Source: an uncultured Bacteroidales bacterium (GTDB taxonomy: Bacteria > Bacteroidota > Bacteroidia > Bacteroidales > UBA932). Taken from it: a stretch of 64,000 nucleotides of DNA. Made by a program: the position numbers and the translations under genes. Each line of letters begins with the position of its first letter. The first letter of the stretch is position 1. Below, piece by piece: positions 7,531-17,650 of this stretch. Where the stretch lies: positions 884-64,883 of the forward strand of contig CASFGK010000020.1 of assembly GCA_949294195.1 (NCBI GenBank), in the 5' to 3' direction. The notes under the pieces are model-generated. The model saw only the letters and a program-made list of their open reading frames with translations. It searched no databases and had not been told where the DNA came from.

Positions 7531-8619
7531 TTATTTGACCTTGATCATTTCCACAGGCTGGTCCTGAACCTTATCCAGCGGCCTGACCTGATATGAGACC
7601 TTACCGAAATTTATGGTCTTGAGATCTATGCACCTTATGGTGGAATTCCATGCAGTCCGGTAATAGAACCTTAAGGCAGACTGGTCAGACGAGGTGGTCC
7701 ATTGAGTCGCGCTCGGCACATCTTCGGGAGCCTGGCCGGCTTCATGTTCCACCCCTATCGGAATATCGAAATTGTTCAGGATCTGGAAAGTCTCCTTTAC
7801 AGTCTCATAGGACGTTTCATATTGAGGGGCTGTCGCTTTGTAGAAAGCGGCCCTGACAAATCTTGACGGAGGTGTCACGTCGCCCGGTATTCCAAGAAAT
7901 CCTGCACCGGCGCCGAACTGGCTGAGGGTAACGTCTTCCGTAAGCCTGTTTGGCTTGGTCTGGCCCGGGAAAAGGTTCACATAGTTGTTCAGGTTGGTCA
8001 TCTGCCACTCAAAGCCGGGAGAATTCGTAAGGACACCCAGCCTGTTGTCATAGAAATGAGGTATTCCTCCGGTGATTTCCAGCACTACCTGCTTTCCTGT
8101 CGTATCGGCTATCCTCCAGTGCGCGGTCCCTGCCTGAGGACTCGTTGCAACTATATGGATACCGGATATCGCCTTTTTCACCTGATCTACAGTCGAGAAG
8201 TTGGCAAGTATCCATCCGACAAGTTCCACATCCACTATAGTCGAAGCATTCCGGGTGCTGTCATACGGCTCGTACTGGCCGTAACCCGGGAAAAAGAACA
8301 GTCCGGCTGACAGACCTGCTTCATTGAGCCCTTCAGTAACAAAACTGTCCTGGACTACCGAGATGCCGGCATAGCCGAACCTTGATGTATAGACAAGACC
8401 GTTCTGTCCGGTTGGGGTGCCAGACGTGACGGTATGGTTTCTCGGGACAATTACATACCTGCTTTCAAGGTTGCTCCCGCCCCATTCGCACGTACGTGCA
8501 AGCACGGTACTCCCGTCTTTTGATTTCAGTGTAATGCCTGTACAGGCCTCGGATGACGGTGCTGCCGCAAACAATGCAATGCCGCAAAGGAGCAGTACCC
8601 GTTTTTTCAGATTTTCCAT
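7531..8619 (-). CDS. Choloylglycine hydrolase / penicillin V acylase family (Ntn hydrolase)
   Basis: Signal peptide then CTGI (nucleophilic Cys), EGLNEAGL, LTNSP, PGDVTPPSRFVRA. Confidence 0.9.
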   Translation of the reverse strand: MENLKKRVLLLCGIALFAAAPSSEACTGITLKSKDGSTVLARTCEWGGSNLESRYVIVPRNHTVTSGTPTGQNGLVYTSRFGYAGISVVQDSFVTEGLNEAGLSAGLFFFPGYGQYEPYDSTRNASTIVDVELVGWILANFSTVDQVKKAISGIHIVATSPQAGTAHWRIADTTGKQVVLEITGGIPHFYDNRLGVLTNSPGFEWQMTNLNNYVNLFPGQTKPNRLTEDVTLSQFGAGAGFLGIPGDVTPPSRFVRAAFYKATAPQYETSYETVKETFQILNNFDIPIGVEHEAGQAPEDVPSATQWTTSSDQSALRFYYRTAWNSTIRCIDLKTINFGKVSYQVRPLDKVQDQPVEMIKVK

Positions 8620-8753
8620 GATTTTCGGCAAAGGATTAGACCATTGCCCGTGTAAGATAGGAATTTAATTCGGTAAATCCTTGAATACAATGAAATAATG
8701 AAATAAATTTGCATGCTTTGCACAAAACGTGGAATAAATATAAAACAAGCGAC

Positions 8754-10808
8754 ATGAAAAAAATCCTAGTATTCCTGCTGGCCTGCATGGCCGGCATTCC
8801 GGCAGGAGCCCAGACCGGAGTGGTCAAGGCGCGCCCGGCGAATCACCCGGACGGAAAGCTCCTGACAATGGAAGAAGCTGTTCTCCCCTCAGAAACGAAA
8901 GTCAGTAAACCGGCATTTTTCTGGAACAGTACCGGAGACAGCCTCATTATTTCAAATCCCGACAGGCAAGGACCCGAAATCCTTTCAGTGAAAAGACTGA
9001 TGTCGGGGGAAATGTCTGCAGACCCGTTCAATGTACCGGATCAGGGAAAAGCTTTTCCTGAACTTCCTGAAAAATCGGAAAACGTGACTGCCTCACCCGA
9101 CAGGACACGTTATGCCTTCACTCTGGACAACGGCCTGTATATCGCCGGAAAGGACGGTAATATCACTCCGGTTGCTACAAGCGATGACAGGAATATCATA
9201 TACGGACAGTATGTAAGCCGCAACGAATTCGGGATTTCAGGAGGAATCTTCTGGTCGGACAGCGGTAATTATCTGGCATTCTACAGAAAAGACGAAACAG
9301 AAGTGGGAACCTTCCCTCTTCTCGACATTACGACACGTACCGGCAGCCTGTTCGAAATCAAGTACCCGATGGCCGGTATGGCATCCGAAAACGTCCAGGT
9401 TGGAATATATAGTCCGGCTGACGGGAAAACCGTCTATGTAAAAGCCGATGACTTCGGAAAAGACCAGTATCTGACCAATATTTCCTGGTCTCCTGATGAC
9501 AGGTATATCCTCATACAGGTACTGGACCGCAGCCAGAAACACTGTCGTCTGAACATGTACGATGCACGCACCGGCAATCTGGTCAGGACCCTGCTCACTG
9601 AGGACAACGACCGTTTCATCGAGCCTCAGAACCCTGTATGGTTTCTCAAGGGCAGCACTGAGGACTTCATATACAAGACAGACAACAGAGACGGATACAA
9701 AAATCTGTATCTATGCGATACGGAAGGCAATATCAGCAGGCTCACCAAAGTCGACGCCGATGTGGAATATGTCGGGAATGACGGGAAAAACGTCTTTTAC
9801 ACTTCAGCAGAGGTATCCACTGTCCAGAACCATCTGTTTAAGGTGAATGTCAGGACCGGCAGGCAGACAAGACTGACATTTGAAGAAGGGTGGCACACCG
9901 TCACATTAAGTCCGGACTACAGATATTTCATCGACAGCTACAGCAACCTTACTACTCCGCTTGCGGTTTCCTTGAAAAGTACAGACGGAAAAGACAGTGC
10001 ACCCTTGTATAAGGCGGCAGACCCGACAGAAGGCTATGCATACTGTCAGATGGAACTAGGCACCGTCAAAAGCGCTGACGGCAAATATGACAACTGGTAC
10101 AGACTCATCAAACCGAAGGATTTCGACCCTTCCAGGAAATATCCCGTGATTCTCTATGTATATGGAGGCCCTCATTCTCAGTTGGTAAAAGACACATGGC
10201 TGGCAGAACTGCGTCCTTGGGAAATGTATATGGCCCAAAGAGGATATCTGGTCTATGTACAGGACAACAGAGGGACACTCAATCAGGGGGCAGAGTACGA
10301 AAAAGCCATTCACGGCCAGTGCGGCCAGGCGGAAATGGCCGACCAGATGGAGGGAATCAGAATGCTCATGGAGCTGCCTTTCGTAGACAAGGACAGAATC
10401 GGAGTGCATGGCTGGAGCTATGGCGGATTCATGACCATATCTCTGATAACCAACTATCCTGACGTATTCAAGGTAGCAGTGGCCGGCGGTCCTGTAATTG
10501 ACTGGAAATGGTATGAAGTAATGTATGGGGAACGTTACATGGGACACCCTGATACCAACCCTGAAGGTTATGCAAGGGTAAGCCTGATCAGCAAGGCCAG
10601 GGATCTGAAAGGCAAACTGCTTGTCTGTCAGGGAGCAGTGGACAACGTGGTTGTATGGGAACACAGTCTCAGCTTCATACGGGAATGCATCAAGAACAAT
10701 ATTCAGGTGGACTACTTTCCTTATCCATGTGCACAGCACAATGTCATGGGCCGTGACCGCATCCATCTGATGGATAAAGTGACAATGTATTTTGATGACT
10801 ATCTGTAG
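8754..10808 (+). CDS. S9 family dipeptidyl/prolyl tripeptidyl peptidase (DPP IV-like)
   Basis: YVYGGP, GWSYGG nucleophile, DNVV, C-terminal His, DPPIV N-terminal propeller. Confidence 0.92.
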   Translation: MKKILVFLLACMAGIPAGAQTGVVKARPANHPDGKLLTMEEAVLPSETKVSKPAFFWNSTGDSLIISNPDRQGPEILSVKRLMSGEMSADPFNVPDQGKAFPELPEKSENVTASPDRTRYAFTLDNGLYIAGKDGNITPVATSDDRNIIYGQYVSRNEFGISGGIFWSDSGNYLAFYRKDETEVGTFPLLDITTRTGSLFEIKYPMAGMASENVQVGIYSPADGKTVYVKADDFGKDQYLTNISWSPDDRYILIQVLDRSQKHCRLNMYDARTGNLVRTLLTEDNDRFIEPQNPVWFLKGSTEDFIYKTDNRDGYKNLYLCDTEGNISRLTKVDADVEYVGNDGKNVFYTSAEVSTVQNHLFKVNVRTGRQTRLTFEEGWHTVTLSPDYRYFIDSYSNLTTPLAVSLKSTDGKDSAPLYKAADPTEGYAYCQMELGTVKSADGKYDNWYRLIKPKDFDPSRKYPVILYVYGGPHSQLVKDTWLAELRPWEMYMAQRGYLVYVQDNRGTLNQGAEYEKAIHGQCGQAEMADQMEGIRMLMELPFVDKDRIGVHGWSYGGFMTISLITNYPDVFKVAVAGGPVIDWKWYEVMYGERYMGHPDTNPEGYARVSLISKARDLKGKLLVCQGAVDNVVVWEHSLSFIRECIKNNIQVDYFPYPCAQHNVMGRDRIHLMDKVTMYFDDYL

Positions 10809-10825
10809 GAAAGATATCATATTAC

Positions 10826-10868
10826 GAAAAAAGTTCCGTCGGGACTCTTCCCGCCGGAACTTTTTTTC
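10826..10868. terminator. Bidirectional intrinsic terminator
   Basis: GAAAAAAGTTCCGTCGGGA-ctct-TCCCGCCGGAACTTTTTTT between convergent genes. Confidence 0.85.
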
Positions 10869-10882
10869 TGTACAGCAGTCTG

Positions 10883-11425
10883 CTAGTAGTTTGTCGCGTG
10901 GATCTTGAAATAGCTCTTCGGATGCTTGCATACAGGGCAAAGCTCAGGAGCTTTCTTGCCGACTACAATGTGTCCGCAGTTGCCGCACTCCCATATCATG
11001 TCTTCGTCTCTTGAGAATACAAGACCTTCCTTTACGTTTGCAAGGAGCTTGCGGTAACGCTCCTCATGCATCTTCTCGATAGCCGCCACTTTTTCGAAAA
11101 GTACCGCTATTTCCGTAAAGCCCTCTTCGCGGGCCTCTTTTGCAAATCCGGCATACATGTCTGTCCATTCATAGTTCTCGCCTTCTGCCGCATCCAGAAG
11201 GTTCACTTCGGTTGCAGGCACTTCTCCGCCGTGCAGGAGCTTGAACCATATCTTTGCATGCTCTTTCTCATTGTTTGCCGTTTCCTCGAACAGTTCGGCT
11301 ATCTGTACATAACCGTCTTTCTTTGCCTTTGAAGCATAGTAGGTGTATTTGTTTCTGGCCTGGGACTCACCGGCAAATGCAGTCTGAAGATTGGCTTCGG
11401 TCTTGGTTCCTTTCAATTCTTTCAT
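10883..11425 (-). CDS. rbr: Rubrerythrin
   Basis: [23 protein letters not shown]-terminal CGNCG...CPVC. Confidence 0.95.
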   Translation of the reverse strand: MKELKGTKTEANLQTAFAGESQARNKYTYYASKAKKDGYVQIAELFEETANNEKEHAKIWFKLLHGGEVPATEVNLLDAAEGENYEWTDMYAGFAKEAREEGFTEIAVLFEKVAAIEKMHEERYRKLLANVKEGLVFSRDEDMIWECGNCGHIVVGKKAPELCPVCKHPKSYFKIHATNY

Positions 11426-11509
11426 GATTATCTAATTTTGAATTATTAAAAATTACAACATTATTGCAAAGTTAGCCAAATATATCTGATTTGCAAGAAA
11501 TTCTGTAAT

Positions 11510-14041
11510 TTATTTTTCCGGTTTCTGCTGGTCAGGATTTTCCGAGAGTTCTTCGAATTTATGGGGATAATCTTCACTGTATACCTTCTGATACTCAGCC
11601 TTGAATGCAGCATATTTCACGGCAGCGTCATCGGTGCGTCCCAGATGACACAACGTCATGACAGTATATCTCAAAGCCAGTTCGTTCAGCTGGTCAAGGC
11701 ATAATATGATATTGCATAGTGACAGCACATACTCGTATTTTCTGGTATGGTGTAAAGATTTTACCTTTGGAGGAAGGATTACGGAAAGTGTCTGCTCGAC
11801 ATTGCTCTTGAGAATGTCGAAAACAGGGTCATCCGTGTATTCAAGGAATTTTCCTCTGCCGAGTATCCGGATAAGGTCTTCCGTATCGGCATCAGTGTAG
11901 GATTCACTGGATACAATCTCAGTAAAATGCAGATAATCACAGTAGAAAACAGGATCCGTATCGATTCTGTATACTCCGTCATCATATACGAATCTGATTC
12001 CGTCGATTCCGGAAAGAGACTTTCTCAGATGGTTGATTGTGGCATTCCTCAGGCTTTTCGCGCTCTCCTTCTGTTTGTCAGGCCAAAGCGATGCGGTCAG
12101 CCGGCTCGGGGTTACACCTCCGGAAGAAGAAAAATACAGTACGACGCAGAACATCTTCTTCTGAGTCGGAGTGAAACTGGAAGTTATATCCTTTCCTTCC
12201 CTGTCCACAGCCGTAAATCCGCCGAACAGACACACCGAGTTCGGAATAACGGATTTCTGTTCCGGGATATCTTCCTGCTCCTCACAAGGCTTTTCGGGCC
12301 GAGTCTTTTTCCTCAAGAAGACTGCCGCGCAGGAAAGAAGAAGCACCGCTGCAATAGCAGCAATCAGCCCGTATTTCTGCCCCCCCCTGGAGACAAATTC
12401 GCTGCCTCTGGCTTCTCTGGCAGGAAGCAGGGAAAGGGAATATACGGTAAGCGTGGAACTTATATCATCATCAGTTTCGTATACAAGAGCATACAGTTTT
12501 TCCATGCCGCGGTCATAGTATATGTTGGCATTTGTGATGATTCTGTCAGATGTTATAGGTATCGTATTCCCTATTGTGGTATATGAACCGTCTTCGATGG
12601 AAATCTTATACAGTGTCAAAGCTGACTTCGATGTACTTTCAGGATAGCACAAGGTATAGAAATATCCGTTCCCGTCTATATACATGTTCCTGACAGGCAC
12701 GACATTGCCGGCATGCAAATCCGTCTCCCACAGTTTCCTGACTTTCCGGTCCGCGACATTCACGGCATACATGTCATACAGATAGCGGCGTCCGACAGCC
12801 TGCTCTCCGGAGTCGTTGCCCATTCCTCCATATACGTAGAATGTGGAATTGTCCCTGTCATACCCCATGGATGAGAAATAGCGCGGGCATATCCTGTCTC
12901 CTTCTGTCTGGGAATATTGTGTCCAGTGCCCGGTCTGCAGATTGAATGCATAGAAATCGCCGTTGTAATGCATGTTGCCGAATCCGCCGAATATGACATA
13001 TCTTGCTCTGGCCTGATCAAAAAAACTTCCGTGATGATGCATCTGCATCGGAAGCTGCTCGGTCGACAGGCTTTTCCATGTCAAGGTATTGAGATCAAGC
13101 CTTGCGACAGTAGTCCGGCCGGAATCCGATTCATGTTCATACCATACTTCATATGCATAAACAAAATTGTTCGCCGGATCGATAAAACTTGTTCCGAGAG
13201 TCATTTTTACAGGGCATCTGTCTCTGAAAGGAAATTCAGATACCTGCTTCAGTCTGGTATCATATATATATAAGGTATCCCTGTTGAAATAGTATACTTC
13301 TTTTCTGACAGGATTGTACACGGACGAAGCGGCAGTTTCACTTGAAAGCGTACAAAGTCTTCTCCAGTCGAAAAAGTCATTCATGAGCCACTCCGGGTTG
13401 GTGACCCTGCCAGCAATCCGGCCTTTCGAGTCATGCACGGACTCCCCTTCACGCTCAGTCAAAGGGAAAGCATATGATTTCCGGACGTCTCTTACATTCA
13501 GGTTTCTGATAGCGAAAGACGGAACATCTATGATAAAGTCGCTTTTCCCGAAATTGATTTCAGGCGACCACTTGTCAGGGAGATCATGAACCGGAGCCGA
13601 ATAGGAATAGCCGGCAACTGTCATGGTAACGGAGTCTCTCTGCATGTCAAATAGGATATCCACAGGAATCCATCTCTGGTCGTTTACTGTTTCCTGGTTT
13701 ATACTGAAGCCAAGCAGATTGCTGTATCCTTCATTATTCAGGCTGAAACTGTATACGTCACCCTGCCCGTCATAGAAAAGATTGAAGACCTTGTCATTCT
13801 CCAAATCCTTTATCCTCAATATATAACCGATGGCCGATTCGGGATACAGAGCCAGGTCAAAGGATATTTCAAGTCTGTTCCGGAAATCAGGTGATGTCAT
13901 GGAAAAGACGTCGTAAGATGTCCTGTCGTTGATAGGCTCATTCATCCCGGAGAATTTCAGACCTTGTCCGAAAACTTCTCCGGAAACGAATAGTTTCAAA
14001 AGAAAAAAAAGTATAAAAGGTATGATTTTTTTCAAGGCCAT
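11510..14041 (-). CDS. PUL-associated membrane-anchored regulator (periplasmic Kelch-like propeller, TM helix, cytoplasmic SARP/winged-helix activator domain)
   Basis: FGGFG/YGGMG Kelch-like repeats, TM YGLIAAIAAVLLL, LFGGF..D..G.DIT..FTP, LWPDK...LRK. Divergent from the PUL. Confidence 0.8.
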   Translation of the reverse strand: MALKKIIPFILFFLLKLFVSGEVFGQGLKFSGMNEPINDRTSYDVFSMTSPDFRNRLEISFDLALYPESAIGYILRIKDLENDKVFNLFYDGQGDVYSFSLNNEGYSNLLGFSINQETVNDQRWIPVDILFDMQRDSVTMTVAGYSYSAPVHDLPDKWSPEINFGKSDFIIDVPSFAIRNLNVRDVRKSYAFPLTEREGESVHDSKGRIAGRVTNPEWLMNDFFDWRRLCTLSSETAASSVYNPVRKEVYYFNRDTLYIYDTRLKQVSEFPFRDRCPVKMTLGTSFIDPANNFVYAYEVWYEHESDSGRTTVARLDLNTLTWKSLSTEQLPMQMHHHGSFFDQARARYVIFGGFGNMHYNGDFYAFNLQTGHWTQYSQTEGDRICPRYFSSMGYDRDNSTFYVYGGMGNDSGEQAVGRRYLYDMYAVNVADRKVRKLWETDLHAGNVVPVRNMYIDGNGYFYTLCYPESTSKSALTLYKISIEDGSYTTIGNTIPITSDRIITNANIYYDRGMEKLYALVYETDDDISSTLTVYSLSLLPAREARGSEFVSRGGQKYGLIAAIAAVLLLSCAAVFLRKKTRPEKPCEEQEDIPEQKSVIPNSVCLFGGFTAVDREGKDITSSFTPTQKKMFCVVLYFSSSGGVTPSRLTASLWPDKQKESAKSLRNATINHLRKSLSGIDGIRFVYDDGVYRIDTDPVFYCDYLHFTEIVSSESYTDADTEDLIRILGRGKFLEYTDDPVFDILKSNVEQTLSVILPPKVKSLHHTRKYEYVLSLCNIILCLDQLNELALRYTVMTLCHLGRTDDAAVKYAAFKAEYQKVYSEDYPHKFEELSENPDQQKPEK

Positions 14042-14198
14042 CTCTTCTTTCCAGATTGCTCGTGCAAGTGTGTGCAAATGTAACAATTTTTGTGGAAATG
14101 TTACTGCTTGCACAAAAAACGGCGACTTCGGCGTAAAAAAAAGCAGGATTTTGAAAAAAAAGCAGGGGTTAAAATGCATTTTCTGTAAAAAAGAAGAT

Positions 14199-14230
14199 TT
14201 TTTAACCGTTTTTTAACCCTTTTTTTAACC
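14199..14230 (+). promoter_or_regulatory. Three direct repeats TTTTTAACC upstream of the PUL (candidate activator site)
   Basis: Copies at 14199, 14210 and 14222. Confidence 0.55.
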
Positions 14231-14315
14231 CCCATGATATTTATTTTGTGCGTGAAATCGGGAAAATCCGATTTTATGTTTAACTGTTTTTATAAAATTA
14301 ACACTAACAAAAACC

Positions 14316-16148
14316 ATGAAATTCAAATCGATTTTCAAAGCGTTCATGCTTGCTGCCGTAAGCTGCGGATTGGGCTTTGCCACCGTGGCATGTACGGAAG
14401 ACGGCCCTGGTGAAGAAGACGTTTCATACGGAACTCTCCAAGGCTCGGTGCAAGATGAAACAGGATCCCCCCTTTCTGATGTTAACGTAACCGTTCAGGG
14501 TGTGGAAGGCAGCGTCCTGACTGACGCTTCAGGAGCTTATGTCTACAGCGATGTTCCGGTCAGGACCCAGCTGGTGACTTTCTCGAAAGACGGCTATGGT
14601 ACAGTCGGTGTCACAGTCCAGAAATCAAGTTTTGTCGACGGTGTCGTAGAAATCAACGCATCCCTGCCGGTCGTCAATGCAAAGATTTCAGGTACAGTCC
14701 TTAACGGAAAGACCGGACAGCCATTTGCCGGAGTAACCGTTTCCAACGGAAGTAAGGAAAGCGTGACTGATGCCCAGGGAAACTTCCTCATTGACGAAAT
14801 CACTATCAACAACTACTCCCTTACATTCTCTGCAGACGGAGTGAAAAGCATTACCAAGACTGTCACAAAAGACATGTTCGCAAATTCTACGGCTGAGCTT
14901 GGAGAAATCTATCTCGGTGGGGACGAGCTTCTCGGTGACCTGACAGTAGAAGAGCTCAAGGATGCCGACACATGGTATTATAACGAATACCGCGGAGGCA
15001 AGGGCAACGGAGGCGGATATGTGGACTGGAGTGTCGTTTACATGTCTACCTTGAACTATGTAGGCCAGTGGGAAAACCAGAATGAAGGCTGTACTCTCCA
15101 GATAAGGAACGGTGATTCCGACAAGTCAAATCCTGCAGACCTCGAAAACTTCGATTCGTTCCTCTACGGAAAGAAACTCATTACGGAGGACAACAAGGTG
15201 CTCACCATAATGTGCAGAACCCACAATGCCGAGACCAAGCATGTAAGGTGGGGAGTACGTGTCCTCGATATTACGGACCCTGTCAATCCTGAATCGGAAC
15301 TTATAGGCGGCGTGCGTGATTTCAGCAACACCAACTATGAAAACACTTCCATAGACCTTTCAAGCTATGTCGGCAAGGAAATCATTATTGCCATAGGTAT
15401 CTTCAGGGCTGAAACCGGAGACTACTACAACCAGTTCGTCATGAGAAAGCTCTCGTTCGCTCCAAGTGCGAACTCAGGAGACGACTATCTTTCCGGTACT
15501 GCTGTTACCGGACTCGAAGGATGGCACATGACTCAGGAAATGGTACGGTCTACCATGCCGAACGGAAATACCGCTTTCACAGGTATTCCTCCTACAGAGT
15601 TCCCGTCCGACGGTGATGGAGCAAAGAACTACGGCGGCGGATACCAGTGCTTCAGGAACACAGCCCAGCCTCATATCATCGCTTCTTGGGCCTATATGTA
15701 TGTAAACAAGGATGCAGAGCCTCAGAACAAGGACGGATTCACCATCAAGACACGTTCTGACGCAGGAGTCAATACCCTTGTACCTGAATCCTACATCTAC
15801 AGCAAATTCTATATTGAAGAAGGTGCCAACAGGATCACATTCAACATCCGCAATGGAGCGGACAGCTATACATTCAAGAAGCTTGCCGCCATTACAATGG
15901 ATGGAACTGTAACGTATATTGAACCTGATGCCGATTTCTCCGCAGTCGAGGCGTCTGCGGCCGACGACGGATGCTGGAAGTTCAAGAACAACCAGGGCAG
16001 CGTCGGGAGACCTGACCAGTACGCAAGCTTCACATACGACCTCTCACGGTTCAACGGACAGGACGTAATGCTGTGTTACGGCGTATTCAAAGGCGAGGAA
16101 AACGGAGACGAAAACAAGATTATTTTCTATAGTATAGAACTGAAATGA
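14316..16148 (+). CDS. Surface lipoprotein with two carboxypeptidase regulatory-like domains (putative glycan-binding protein)
   Basis: Lipobox TVAC followed by acidic residues. Two G.V....G.P...V.V repeats. First gene of the PUL. Confidence 0.75.
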   Translation: MKFKSIFKAFMLAAVSCGLGFATVACTEDGPGEEDVSYGTLQGSVQDETGSPLSDVNVTVQGVEGSVLTDASGAYVYSDVPVRTQLVTFSKDGYGTVGVTVQKSSFVDGVVEINASLPVVNAKISGTVLNGKTGQPFAGVTVSNGSKESVTDAQGNFLIDEITINNYSLTFSADGVKSITKTVTKDMFANSTAELGEIYLGGDELLGDLTVEELKDADTWYYNEYRGGKGNGGGYVDWSVVYMSTLNYVGQWENQNEGCTLQIRNGDSDKSNPADLENFDSFLYGKKLITEDNKVLTIMCRTHNAETKHVRWGVRVLDITDPVNPESELIGGVRDFSNTNYENTSIDLSSYVGKEIIIAIGIFRAETGDYYNQFVMRKLSFAPSANSGDDYLSGTAVTGLEGWHMTQEMVRSTMPNGNTAFTGIPPTEFPSDGDGAKNYGGGYQCFRNTAQPHIIASWAYMYVNKDAEPQNKDGFTIKTRSDAGVNTLVPESYIYSKFYIEEGANRITFNIRNGADSYTFKKLAAITMDGTVTYIEPDADFSAVEASAADDGCWKFKNNQGSVGRPDQYASFTYDLSRFNGQDVMLCYGVFKGEENGDENKIIFYSIELK

Positions 16149-17629
16149 GGTTTAAAGCTTTAATATGCGCTTCAGTATTTGCAGCGACTCTTTGTGCTGC
16201 ATGCACTTCCTGTGACAAGGCTCCGGGAGGTAAAGACCAGCAGGGAAACGGGGAAACGGCTGACGCCAGCAGTCTGGAACGGGCAATAACAGTTACAGAC
16301 GTTGCCGCAGAGGCTTTCCTGAGCGGAACTCCCGGCTTCATGTACAAGTCATACAACCCTTATACAGGACAGGTAACCGATGCCGGCAATGAGAACGTAT
16401 GGGAATTTTCCAGCTCTTTCGAAGCTGTGACAAATATCCTCTACGCCCTGAACCGGCAGAAACTTGAAGGTAACAGCGAGCTGTATGACAAGCACTTCAG
16501 CAGATATGAAGAGCTTCTGGACAGGCTGTACATGGGACTACAGTATTTCAAGGGGAATTTTTCTCTCATTTCCTATACCACATCCGGCAATGCCTGGAGT
16601 GTATACGGTGTCCCGAGAGCAAGTTCTCCCGGGAGCAACAACGTGACCGGAGTCCTCAATGTATATGATGACCAGATGTGGCTTGTCAGGGATTTCATCG
16701 AAGCCTACAAGGCTACCGGAAACAAGGATTACCTTGACGAAGCCGAATATCTTGCCGGATATATCATAGACGGATGGGACTGCACTCTTGACGAGAACGG
16801 GAATGAAAACGGAGGCATCACCTGGGGACCGGGCTATACCACCAAGCATTCCTGCAGCAACGGACCGATAGTAGCGCCTCTGGTATGGCTCTCTGAAATC
16901 TACAAAGGAAGCGGAGAGACAGCCGTGAGACGGTATATAGCGGCCGACAGCAAACGGGTATCGGAAGAGATGGACAAAAGCGAATACTATCTTCTCTATG
17001 CACAGAAAGTATACGACTTCCAGAAATCCCGTCTGCTGAGTAGCGAAGGAGTGTATTACGACATGCTCGGAGGCCCTTCCGGACTGAATGACACGCAAGT
17101 CGACAAACTTGATGATGCCGGCAAGGCCAGGTTTTATGAAGAAGTGGACGGAGTGACCTACAAGGCTTATCTCAAGCCCGGCAGCCCGTCAGGCACATAC
17201 TTCTCATATAACAGCGGTACGATGCTTTCCGGAGCTGCAGCACTTTACAGAGTCACCGGCGAGGACAAGTACCTTGAAGACCTTAAAGCTCTTACATCAT
17301 CTACGTTCCGCTATTTTGCAAAGAAGGACGCGACTGTCGAGGGGCTGTATACTTACGATTTCAGCGGGAACAACAGCTGGTTCAATGCTGTGCTGCTTCG
17401 CGGATACATTGACGCCAGTGCCTATGTCGATGCTGCATTGCAGGTAGACAGTTTCAAGCAGATCTACGACCATGCCTTCGAGAATTTCCTGTATGAAGGC
17501 TTTATGCCCAACAGTCTGTATCTGGGATGGGCGAACAAACAGGAAAACAGGAACATAAAAGGCAGGGACCAGTTTGCTTATGCTGCACAGTTCGCCTTGC
17601 TTGAACAATATAGCATGATGCAGGATTAA
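16145..17629 (+). CDS. GH76 family endo-alpha-1,6-mannanase-like lipoprotein
   Basis: YDDQMW catalytic DD motif, GGITW, KHSCSNGP, SYNSGTML, lipoprotein signal. Confidence 0.9.
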   Translation: MRFKALICASVFAATLCAACTSCDKAPGGKDQQGNGETADASSLERAITVTDVAAEAFLSGTPGFMYKSYNPYTGQVTDAGNENVWEFSSSFEAVTNILYALNRQKLEGNSELYDKHFSRYEELLDRLYMGLQYFKGNFSLISYTTSGNAWSVYGVPRASSPGSNNVTGVLNVYDDQMWLVRDFIEAYKATGNKDYLDEAEYLAGYIIDGWDCTLDENGNENGGITWGPGYTTKHSCSNGPIVAPLVWLSEIYKGSGETAVRRYIAADSKRVSEEMDKSEYYLLYAQKVYDFQKSRLLSSEGVYYDMLGGPSGLNDTQVDKLDDAGKARFYEEVDGVTYKAYLKPGSPSGTYFSYNSGTMLSGAAALYRVTGEDKYLEDLKALTSSTFRYFAKKDATVEGLYTYDFSGNNSWFNAVLLRGYIDASAYVDAALQVDSFKQIYDHAFENFLYEGFMPNSLYLGWANKQENRNIKGRDQFAYAAQFALLEQYSMMQD

Positions 17630-17650
17630 TTTTATAACCCAATTAATTTT

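Noticed and set aside
10056-10940. 294-aa minus-strand ORF
   Set aside because: Antisense to the S9 peptidase and crosses a bidirectional terminator.
14042-14315. Invertible (phase-variable) promoter for the PUL
   Set aside because: Only a short inverted match (GGTTAAAA/TTTTAACC) and no adjacent recombinase.
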